Source: Candidatus Omnitrophota bacterium
GTDB lineage: Bacteria; Omnitrophota; Gorgyraeia; S143-82
Assembly: GCA_015494465.1 (NCBI GenBank)
Contig: WGBD01000001.1
Span: 180,477-244,476 of the forward strand
DNA: 64,000 nucleotides
Direction: 5' to 3'
The stretch's first letter is position 1, and each line of letters opens with the position of its first letter. This document shows, piece by piece, positions 20,201 to 32,200 of the stretch. The notes under the pieces are model-generated. The model had not been told where the DNA came from and ran no database searches. It saw nothing but the letters and a program-made list of their open reading frames with translations. Both the position numbers and the translations under genes were made by a program.

Positions 20201-23200
20201 GGTGGCCTTTATGCGGAACGGCAGGGTTATGTCCACACCCCAGAGGTAGATGTGCAGGGCGTCCTTAAGACTGTCCTTCCACCAGAACAGGAGCTTGAAG
20301 AGCGGATTGCGATCCCTTACCTCTTCAAGGGTATTGGTCTTGTCGACGAATTCCCTCAACTGATGGAGGATGTACCTGACATCGATCGTTACGCCAATCG
20401 GCAAGCGATTGAGCTTCTTTGCCTTTTCGCGTCCATAAGGCCCTTTAGACTTCTCCACCTTATACTTAGGAGCGTGATCGTAGGACAGATACTCGCGATC
20501 TATGAACTTATATACGATGTTGTGGAGTTTGATCTCCCAAGGCAGACCGAACCAATAGTTGTGGAATACCTCCTTTGCACCCCTGTCCCAATCCTTCTCC
20601 GTCAACTCTGCCAGCGAAGACAGGATCCCGGTGAAGGTCAATATGTCTCTGTCCAGTTTCTCCGTCGCATCCCCCTGACCCAAGGCCTTTACGAAGTCCT
20701 TATCCTCGTCCACATTCCTGATGGCGCTCATAAACAGACGATACAACTCCTGATAATCTGCTTCGTTGAGATCCTGCCCGTACTTGGACTTAAGCCACTT
20801 ATAGGCCTTCAGGACCTCTCCCCTTACTGCGGTAGAAGTGGGATCGAGTTTCCTGCCGGCGTTCTCTTTCCGCACCTTCTCTACCGCCATCACCCAGAGG
20901 AGGTAATCGTTCAGTTTCTGTCTGAAGGCCTGCTCGTAGTCGTGCCTGCCAACATACCTATCCAGTATCCCGAACAGTATGGCCGCCAACTTAAACCCGG
21001 CACCTATCTGGGGAGAGACGAACGCACTACCAAGGGTGGCAAAGAACCAAGCAGTACCGGCTCTCACCTGACCCTCCAGATGGCTTACCATAGACGCCTG
21101 GGATATGGCACTGAGTATACTCCGGGCAAACTCCTGCTTTGCGGACCAGACCGTACCAAAGAGCATCGGCATCCTGCGCGCGTCCTTTTCGCCTTTCACC
21201 ACGATCCTGAACTGCAGCGATCCAGATGCCTTACTCTTTATCTCCTCCCAAGTTACCTCTTCCAACTCGTCGCTCGTGCCCTTGACCCTATAGGCCTTGA
21301 CCTCGTACTCCTTATCTCCAACCTTTACCAGCACCTGCTTCCTGCCGTCGGGGAGGATTACCTCCTTCAACTCACCCTTGGATATCAAGGCTTTCACGCC
21401 CGTGGGGATACCGGTGACCGGATCCACATCCATTACCACTGCGACTATCGGACCGGTCTGACGGGCGGAGGCCTTGGCCTGGAGCATCTGCCTGACCCGT
21501 TTCAACTCTCTCAATATCTGGGCATTGGGATCGTCTCCGCCTTCACCACCGGATCTACCAGAGGAAAGGCCTTTGATGTAATCGTCCAGCACCTTGAGGG
21601 CCCTTTCCACATCGCCCTCGGCCAATGCCCTGTCAAGGGCATTTGCTACCTCCCTGCTGACGAGGTACTGCTCCTGCACCGCCTTGTCCTTCTCCCAGGC
21701 GTGATATCCGAAGAAGAACCTGTACTCCTCACCGGACTTTGCCTTGACCTCTAGCATCACCGGGACATTCTTGCCCTCCCTGTGGATGGCGTCCAGATCC
21801 GCAGGGGTGAGTATCTGACCATTAATCGCATTTTTAACTATTACCTCACCGCCCTCCTCCTTTATCTTCTTGACCCACTTCTTGAAGGCGATGGGATTGG
21901 TAAAGACCTTCTTTATGCTATATTCCGGACCCTCTACTTGGAGGGCGTAGGTTTCCTTATTCAGCATCTTCCTCTGGATCTTCTTCCAGTTGAGCGCCTT
22001 GCGGAACTCGGTCTCAAGGGCATTGAGCACCTTCTCGGGAACGGGCTTTTTTGCCTCTATGGTAGCCTGTTCTATCTTCTGCTGTACCTTCACCGGATTG
22101 GTGATCTTCGGCGTCTTAACCTTTACCGGAGCGGGTCCCTTCTTTATCTCCTTCGGCCTTTCGCCTGCCTTGACCGGGCTGGCAACACTGCCCATCAGCC
22201 AGTTCAAGGCCCTACCCAAGGTCCGCTCGAGGAAAGATGGCTCCGAAGTCGCCTTCCCTGCCTCCTTGGCCAGTCTATCCCTCTCGTTTACCCCGCCAAC
22301 CAACCCCGCAACGGAGGATCCCAGTCCCGGCAGGACCACCGAACTGGCCACCATCACCCCACTGCGGACCAGATTCAACATCGTCGTCTCGATGGGGGCA
22401 ACCAGCCAGGAGATGTGCAGGTGATGGGCGGTGGAAAGGACCATGTGTATCTCCAGCGGCAACAGCATAAGTGGAACCATCCCCGGCAGGGCATAACGCA
22501 GTGTGGTCGAGGAGAATAAGCCTCTGCCAAATGTGGCAAGGTAGGAAACCGTCCTCTCGGGCAGGGAGAGCCTTACCTCTTTAACATCCAGACCCAACTC
22601 GTTAACCAGAGACCTCCACTCCACCTCCGGCCAGAAGAACTGCAGAGACCTTGCGAGACCAACCAACCTCTCATCCTCAAGGTCCTGCTCCTCCCTCAAC
22701 TTCCTAAGGAGTTCCCTGACCGCAGTGGTGTCGTCCACCCTCACCGGAGGGGCGTTGTTCTGATATCCGACGGCCCTCAACAGCTCATCCAACTTGCGCT
22801 GGGCGGATCGTATCCTCCGGACCTTCACCATCGACGGTGCGGTGAACAGGGCAGAGAGGCTGAAGGTGTTGGCCAGATAGGGCGCAATCGCTACCTTGTG
22901 CCCGAAGAGGGATACGACCCCTGTGCTGAGGAACGGCGCCAGCGCAAAGAGATTGGCTACCCCAAGCGTCGCCAGGGAGGAGAGGACGAACAGCGTGCCC
23001 CTTCTCTTAAGGAAGTCCAGAGTCCCGCCAAGCGTTACATTCCTCTCGAATGCAGATCTCGTCTTACCAACGATGCCGAAATTGCCTCTTTCCTCCTCAG
23101 GCAGGGACAGGAACGCAGACACTACCCGGTTCACCTCTTCCTCAGGCAACACTCTGTAGTCCCTGAACTGGGCAACCAGCCACCGCTTGCGGAAACTCTG

Positions 23201-26200
23201 ACCGAAGAAGGAATCCAAGAGGTGTATCATCGTCCTCGGCACGAACATCACCCCGTCAACCATGCGCCTGGCGGTGCTCCACCCCAGTTTGTCCGCCACC
23301 CAAGCGTACACCGCCAGTTTCTTGGGCAGACCGGTAATCCCCAGCCTTGCATACCAGTTCGCAATCGTTCTCCTCAACTCGTGGACAGAGAGATTGCTCA
23401 ACCGGGCCTCGTCCAACCCCATAAATCGCTGAGCAAACTCCTTAAGAGCCACCTCGTCCATCTCCCAGACGAAGCCGGCCGACCGCACGGATGAGTAGGC
23501 CGACAGGAGGTATTCTTCTTTTCTCCTCTCCAACTCCCTGCGGAGAGAGGAGACCTCAGCCTCGGACAATCTTTTGATGGTCTCTTCCTTAAGGCCAAAC
23601 TCTTTTACGAGTCGCTCCCGATCTCCAGATATGCCCTCCAACCGGTTGCTCTCGTCCGGAACGAGTTCTACCCTGCCCAGACTGTCCACCGCCACCTTAA
23701 GGGCCTCGTTCCCGGCATAGCCGGTCATCTTCTCGTTGGAAAGAGAGGCCGCCGTCCTCCTCAAGCCCAGCCATCCCTGAATGAACTGGGAATACCCGAC
23801 GAACAGGGCAGGTATCCCAATGCCCCAATAGGCCCACAGAGAGGCATGGGCGGTAGCGAGCATCCCTCCTGCGTATATAGCACCCAGTCCCGCTCCGGCC
23901 TTGAAGGCAGAACCCGCCAAAGACCTCCAATCGGTCTTTCTAATCGCCTCTTTCCAATTCGCCTCTCTCAACTGACTCAACAGGGCCCTTAACTCCCTGC
24001 CTATGCCCAAAACTGCTCCACCGGCTGCCCCTGCCAGAGCGGCAGCGACGGCGGCAGGCATACCTACCGAGGGCAGGAAAGACATCCCCGCAAGGACCGG
24101 CACAGCGGTCGTAAGGGAGAGGCGGGAATTCGCCAGATCACTCATTATCGCTCCCGGCCCCTTGGTTACCGCCTTCCAACCCGCATAGGTACCGAACATC
24201 GCCAATAGACCCGCGCCACCGGAGGTAACGGTCAACACAGTAAGCGGCAGGAGATAGCCCTTGCGCCCCAACACCCTGGACTGGACGGACAGACCCTTGT
24301 GGTAGAGACGGGCTAACCTGCCCTCCTTACGGTATCTGTCCACCAGATCCTTAAACTGTTTATTAGCCCGTTCACCCGCACCCAACAACGAGCTAAGATC
24401 CTCATTCCCGCCGTTTACCAACGCCGATAGAACCTTCCCGACCAAGTCTGTATTCTCCACCCCGTTATTCACCACCGCCCGAGCCACGGCATCTATCGCC
24501 GAGGAGACCGGATCAACCTGGGCGAACTTCGCCATCCACCTGTTTTCCAACATAGTCGCAAACGGATTGGCCGGGGCAGAGGCCTCGGCAAGCGCCCGCT
24601 TTAATCCCCTGAGTTGACCCTCGTCGGGCAGATAACGGGCAAGGATGTCAAACTTGTCTCTCAGAGACACATCGGAATCCGCGAGTTTCATCGCATCCCG
24701 CACGGTAATATTGTCCTCAATCGCCTTTGCTCTATCCCCAAGGGCGGTTTCCAGACCGCTTAGCACCGAACGGACCGCCTCGGCCTTCCCTCCGGCGAGC
24801 ATAGCGGTAGCCATCTCCCGCGCCAGTTTTCCATCTTCCAAGGAATTCAGCCCAAGGGCCGTTAATCCCTTGCTTTCTATCTCACTCCACCTGATTCCCC
24901 TCTTCGGAACGCCCCTGTTGAGTACCGACCAGCCGAGGACCGGCAGTGAGGACACACCCGCAATCACCTTTGCGATACCGGATGCCCCTGCCACTGCTAT
25001 GGCGCCTCCCGTAGCAAGGGCGATAGACGGATTCAACAGAAGGAGACCCAGACCGACCACCCCTGCCAAGGCAGTGCCGGTGGCGACCTTGGGCATAGGT
25101 CCAACCGGGGCAGAGAAGGAGAAGGACGGAATCATCCTATCCCGAAGCCTTAATCCCAGTTGCCCCTTGAGAGCCCCGATATTATCGAGAACCTTCCCGT
25201 TATCTATCTCCGGCAGGGCAAGTTCCCGCTCCACCGCCAATGGAGTGCTCAAAATAGCCTTTAGCGAGGAGGACGCTACAGACCCAAGATAACCCCCAAG
25301 GGCACCTATCTTGCCCGACCATCCAAGGGAGGGATTCCTCCACTCCCTCAGGAACTCCATCTTTGCCCTCTGGTGGGCAAGGTTCACCGACGCCACCTTA
25401 CTTGCCCCGACCCGCTTGGGGGTGGACAGCCTCACCGATAGGTTATTCAGGAACTCCTCAAGGCCCATGTCCTTTGCCCTGAAGGCCTCTTTCCTGATAA
25501 AGTCCTCGTCGGTTATGCCCAACCTATTCCGCATAAGCTCGCTATACCCTACCACCCTCAGGGCCTGCTCGTAGGAGAGGTTGGGATTTACGAATACATG
25601 GGTAAGGGCATCTCTGATTTCGCCGGTCTTATCTCCTACCTTTTCACTGATGTTTTTGATGCCCGCAAGGGCCTGGGCCGGGCTGGTGAATTTTTCATTC
25701 AAGGTCTCCACTTCATCTTTACGGGTATTCAGTTTTTTCCCTATCTCCGAAAGGGCCTCAACCACCTGTTTCTGGGTATCCCCATTGAAAGACCCTTTTG
25801 AAATATTCTCTATGGCCTGATTGAGGATTTGATTCTTGTCCTCGGCAAGCACATTGGAGACCACAGGATTGGCCAAAAGGCTGTTCAGTTGAACAGAGAT
25901 CTGCTGGAGTTGTTCGTTACTGACTTGATTAGGATTGAGTTGGGATATCTGAGCGGTTATCTGGTTTACACTCTGCAATGCGGAGGATATTTGGTTAGGC
26001 AACTTGTTCAACGCCCCATTCAACAGATTCGCCACCGCCGGAGGTGCGCGCAGGGTGGTAGGGGACATCCCCGCAAACGACCTCGCTAATTGATATTCGA
26101 GATTCCTCCTTACCTCAACCGGCATATCCTTTGCCAGGGCATTTACGACCACCTTCGCGGTATCGTAGGCGGTCCTGCCGTGTCCAGGGGCCTTCTCCAC

Positions 26201-29200
26201 CATCAACGCAGAGATAGCCCCCTCGTTCCACTGAGGGGTAAACTCAGGCTGACTAGACGGTGCGGTCTGTACCTCGACTCTGGCCTCCTTCTTCATCTCC
26301 CGCTCCAAATGGGACTGGGAAACCGCACTTGAACCTCCATTAAGCACATCCTTACCCCAAAGCCTCTCTACGATCTTGCCTATCTCCTGCCCCTTAGCCT
26401 CTCCCCTAAGATAGGCATCCAGTTCACCGTACCTGAAGGCCTCCTTTAGATCCTTTGCCACACCCTTGCCTACTTCCCTCTCCACCCTGTCTATCATCCT
26501 GTCCATCTGGGTCCTTACGGCCTCAAGGGATTCCCGCACCAATTCCTCTGGTGTCAATATCTTTTCTCTGGACAAGAGTTGTTCAAAAGGATTGTCCTTG
26601 GGATTCAGTATCTCCTCCGTTTCGATTCTTTTAAGCCTCTCGTAGACCTCGGGCCTGCCCAAGACCCCATTCTTCGCCCCCGAGACGAACATCTTCCACG
26701 GGGTGGTGAAGAGGTTCGCCCGCATCACATCGGTGAGGATCCTCCGAGTGGCCTTGGCGGATTCCACCGCCTGCATCCCAGCCAGATAAAGGGCAAGTAC
26801 CTTGGACTTCTCCTTACCCTCCCCTTCAAGATACTTATCCAACTCTTCTTCCTTAAGGTTGCCATCCTTGTCCAGGATATCCGAGCGGATCTTCTTCCAC
26901 ATCTCCTTGTAAGACACATTTGAGGCCTTGACCCTTGCTTTGGCCTCTGTCCTCGTCTTCATTACCCTCATATCCACCTGATCTATCAGATCAAGGGTGC
27001 GGGACACGTCTTTGGAACGGAAGAGGTTTTCTTTGAGGAAGTTCTTCACCAGACTATCCGCAACATATATGTAGGCATTACCACTGCTTCCGCCCTCCTT
27101 TCTATTTATCCTTCCCAACACCTGCTCTGCCAATGCCTTGCTCTGGGAAGGAGAGACTATGTCAATGAGGTCCACCCTTGCCTTATCACCTGCGGTTATA
27201 CCTCTGGCTCCCAGTTCACTGACGAGTATCACCTCAGGGGCCCCCGCACCTTTCTCCCCGAGATTCCTTGCTACACTCTCCAACTCCTCCGGCTTATCCG
27301 TATAATCCTCGGCATTTATCCCCTTTTCCCTTAACCTCTTCAATATCTCTTGCCTCATCCCGGTATCCTCTACCACCACATAGTAGGCATCCACCTTTTC
27401 TTTACCCTTGAGGTTGAGCCCGCTTACTATACCGTTCACCACATTATTGATGAATTTATCCTTTTTCTCCTCCTTGAACACATCCCAAAATACCCCGGTC
27501 TGCTTCCCGCTGGTCATCACTACCTTTTCGCCATCAAGGACTAGGGTTATAGGCCTTCCGATGGTCTTCACCCTCTTGCCGGTTATACCCTCAACCAATG
27601 GTTCTATGTCCCTGAGTGTACCGGAGAGGAAGACCACATCACCAAGCCGTGCCACATTCAGCAGTTCTCCCACACTGGTGGAGGTCACCGTGATCCCTCC
27701 CGCCCGGGTATTCTCAAGGGCAGCCTTATAGTCAAATCCTCTTTCTTTGAGCAGCGTAGAAACATGCTTTACCTGCTCTGCTCCTACCCTCACCTCTTCT
27801 GGTTTAAACTCGCCCTTGCTTATCAAACCGGACAGAAAGGCCTTTGCCCCCACATACTGCACATTCTTGCTTATCTGCTCGGGACGGAATTGCCCCTCGC
27901 TATAGGGGACAAAGCGCTTTTCCTTGCCATACCAAGACACCATCCTATCAAAGACCAACTTGCCACCGCCGACCTTAACGCCTTCTATCTCCGCCAGCAC
28001 GGTAACTAGGGAGTTCACTCCAGCCACCGATACACCCTTGCCGACCAACTTATCTCCCCTGCGCTCCAATCTGAAGTCCTTCAGGACCTGAGGGTTTGCC
28101 CCCTCTTTTATCTCGAACATCCCGGTCTGCTGGTTGTAGTTAAAGTTCTCGTTGAGGAACTCCTCAAATCCCTTACCCTCGTACCTCCCAAGTGCCCGTT
28201 TCACCCCTTCCCAGGCAGGCTGTATCTCCTTTTCAACCACATCCGCTATGGGAGCCCCGCCATCCCCTATTATGGCGTCCACCGGGGTCCTCAAAATGGC
28301 CTCCTCATCTATGATGACCCTCGCCCTATCGCCTATCTCCCTCCGCTTTGCTATAAAGGCGGTATACTCTCCCGCCTCGTAGAGTTTATTCATGGCCTGC
28401 TGGAAGGCACTGTACTCCCCAACCACTACCCTTCGCTCATTCGTGTTCGTGAGGACCTCCCTGATCTCTTTTGCATCCATCTTCGTGGGATCTATTACCT
28501 TTATGTTCTCCTTCCCTCTATAGTCTCTAATCAGATTCTCGTTGGAGGTCATGACATACATCTTATTACCGGTGAGTTTTAAGGCCTCTTGTATTACCTT
28601 GTTATCGACGAAGTTCTTCACCAGGGCCGAATTGGCAAGGTACAACTCAGTAAAGCCTTCCTTGGCGTAGTTATGGCTAATCGCCATCATCTCGCTGGCG
28701 TAGGTCTTTCCACCTCCCACAGGGGCCTCTATGTTCCAGAACTTCGCGCCCAAGATACCTTTAAGTTCTTGAACTGCCTTCGGTTTAAAGCCCTTATTCT
28801 CAACCTTCCTGAACGCCTCCTTCGTGGCCCAAGATGCCAAGACCGCACCTCCAATGTGCCGGCTGAGGGACTCAACCTCCTCTTTACTCAACTTCATATC
28901 GGGAGCAAACTCTTTCAGGATAACCTTTACGGCGTGCCTGACCTCCTTACCATCAACTTTCACTCCTGTTTCGCCCTCCTGAACCATCTGCTCGCCGAGT
29001 CCCTTATCTATCTTTGCAACGAGGGCGTCGAATTTCTGCTCAAACAAGGCGAACTTCTCCTTGGGAAGGATACCCCTCGCCGACTCTACCATAGTGGACC
29101 TTTTGACTGCCTCCGTATACACCGAACGGAACTCTTTGGCGCCCATCCTAAACAGGTCCTTATTACCACCCATACCCTCTGAGGCCTTCATCATGCTCCT

Positions 29201-32200
29201 AAGCACCTCCGCCGAGGGAGAACCCATCCCCGCAAGGGCATCCACCGCCTCCTGCACACCTACCGATCCTGCTCTATGGGCAGAGGTCTTTCCAAGGAGA
29301 TCTCCAACTTTTGCCTCAGCGGGGAACAGATTCTTGACCGTTTCCCCGAGATCACCGCTCGCCTCCAGAACCGCACCTTTTTCTACGGCCTTCCGCGCAA
29401 CCCTTTCGCTCGCCTCGTCCACAGCCTGGCGCAACAGGTCGCGGGCAGGAGTGGAGGTTATCCTTATCGATCCCTTCAAGGCCTCTTGGAAGACAGGATG
29501 CTGGAGGAGACTGGTCCTTACCAAACGATAATTCTCATTGACCCGAGCGGCTTTCATCCTGCTGATCTCATACGGGGACTCGAAGGACTTAATGGCAATA
29601 GCGGCATCTACTATTTCCTCCCTAACCTTACCGTAAGTCTCGGGAGAGAGGCTTAACTGAGATTTGTCTCCGAATAAGGTGCCGGTCAACTTCTTGGCGA
29701 TACTGACCACATCGTTCACCTCTTTTCCGGAGATGCGGGCCTGAATCGCCTTTTCTATCTCACTTTCCATCTTGGTACGATCCACCTGCGGTTTCTCTAC
29801 CCCATTCGCAGTATCCTTAGAGATCAATGTCCCAAGTCTTCCCCCAACCGCATTTTCAATATCTGCCCTTAACCGCTCCCTGGAAAGCCCGTTCCTTTCA
29901 CCGATCCCCTCAGCAAACTTCCTCAGAGAGGAGACATAGGCGTCAATGGTTATCCTGCCTTCCGCAAATTCCTTTCCATAGCCTTTTAGAAGGGCATCCA
30001 CGGATTGAGCCACCCGTCCTTCTCTCGCCATGTTCAAAGTGGATATCTCAAAGGCCATCTCGGGGCTGAGTCCCATCTGCCTCAGTCCCCGGAAACTCCT
30101 GCCCTCCTGCGCAAGGACCTCCATAGCCTTCCTCTGGTTAAGGCTATTGACGAGGGCATCCTGATGCATCCTCTTCTCACCGGTCAGCACCTTCACTGCC
30201 TCGCCTCCGCTCATCTCCTGCACCGGCAGACGATAGGATCCTTCTTTCAACATAGACCGCACAGCCCCTGCAGAAATGGAGTTCGCCCTCCCCAAAGGCA
30301 TCTCGTGGATACCCAACACCTTACTGCCCGGAATACGAGGCGCAAGGGCCACCTCACCGCTCCGCTTGGTCTCTATACGGTAGAAGAGGTTCGTCACCTC
30401 CCGTGCAACCGGATGGACCCGGCGGGACTTCACTTCGGAGGTAGAAACTTTCCCGGTTAGCACCTTATTCACATCCCTTTCTAAGCCCTGTAGATTCTCC
30501 GCCACATGTCCCACGGAAGACTGAACAACAGTCCTACCCACCAACGCAGTAGAGAGGGCCTTCCCTCCGAAGGTCGCCCCTACCCCCATCATTGCTGCTT
30601 CACTAGTCATTGCCATACCGAATTCCTTGGGAAGGCTCTTCCACGCACCAAATCCCTCCCTGGCTCCTCTCAAGGCACCTCTAAGGCCAAATTGCCCTTC
30701 GACGGCCTCCCCCCTCCAGCCTTTTACCGCTCCTTCACCCGCACGCAGGATCCGCCCCGTCCCCACATGGGCAACACTGGCCCCCAACAGCGTCCCGGCA
30801 AAACCGGTGAGGTTCTCGTAAACCCCACGACGCTGATCAATACTTTTCAGATTGCCCGCCAAGGCCTGTCCGACCAGAGCCCTGTTGTGCCACATCCAAC
30901 CCAGTTGACGGCTCGCCTCAGCGTAGAACGGCCGTATCACAAACCATGTGTTTGCCAGATCAAAGGCAAGAGAGGAAGAAAAACTCGCCCCCCGCGTCAG
31001 CCTGCTGAATCCACCAAAGAGGAGGCCAAAGGCCCCCATAGTAAGCGAAGTCTCGGCTCCTTTGTATAGCAAACCATACAGGAGATACCTCCTATTCCCG
31101 GTCTGCTCGTATCTTTTCAAGAGATACTCCTGCTTCGTCTTAACGCCTGCTTTATTGAGGTCCTCTCGTCCGATCCAGAATACGGCCCTATCCATCGCCC
31201 TGCTCACCCCGGCAGAAACAAGTCCCATCGCCCGGCCTCCCAATGACTGCCCGTTTCCTGCAGGAACGAAGAAAGAAGCAGTTGCCACGGTCCTGATTAA
31301 AGACGCAGAACTAACCCCGGCACCTGTCGGGACCAAGGCCCTGCCCCCACCGAGGGCAATACGCTCGCCTACGCCAGATCCCAAACCGGAGAGTCTCCCG
31401 GAGACCCTCGCCCCGATACCGGTGATCCTGCCCCTCAGTTCTCCCCCGAGCCGTCCTCCCCATTCCACAACTCTACCTGCTACCCTGCCCACCAATCTTC
31501 CTTCCAGACCGCTACCAACGCTCTCCCAGATCCTAACGGGTACCCCACGAATCCCCTTAATCTTGCCCATCACCCTACCCGCACCAATTACCCTAGACCC
31601 TGCGCGGCCCAATGTCCCCTTGGCCACCTCAACCACCCTGCCGGCCCTAACGGCCCCCACGACTGGGGCGAGGGCAGCACCGGCCAATACTTCCACGGCA
31701 GCCGAATGGGCTAAGATAGGAGCAATCGCATGTAGATACCCTATTGACTTGCCTATCTTCTGCGCAGCCCCATACTTCTCATCTACTACCTTGGATACTT
31801 TCTCCGGCGACAGGCCCGTCAGTATTGGCACGAGACTCTTAAACTCACCTACATAGCCACGACTCATTAGATCTAACTCACGGTTCAGAGTTCGTTCGGA
31901 TCGCTTGGCAGACTCCTTATGCCCAAACATCCGCTCCAAAATGATCCCTATTTTCGCCGGGATCTTGACTAAGAATGAAACAGGTGCCAGCGATTGCCGA
32001 ACGCCTGTCGAAAATGTATCCCCTATGTAAGCGTCCCTCCAATCCTTTAACAACTGCGGATTCTCCTTGAACGCCTTGCCTAACTTCTTTCTCAGGGCAG
32101 CGAAACTCTCCCAGGTGTGCTGGGTGACGAATTTCTTATAAGCCTCGCTAAGGTCCTGCCTGTTCCTCAGCGGATTAGTAACCCAGAGGTGGCGTAGTTC

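Noticed and set aside
22160-22215. Internal signal-peptidase-like site (LMGSVASPVKA|GE) suggesting a polyprotein cut
   Set aside because: The hydrophobic core is too short and such A-x-A-like patterns are common by chance
25800-26020. Q/N-rich stretch in the giant protein as a repeat element
   Set aside because: No tandem DNA repeat; best explained as a low-complexity helical linker
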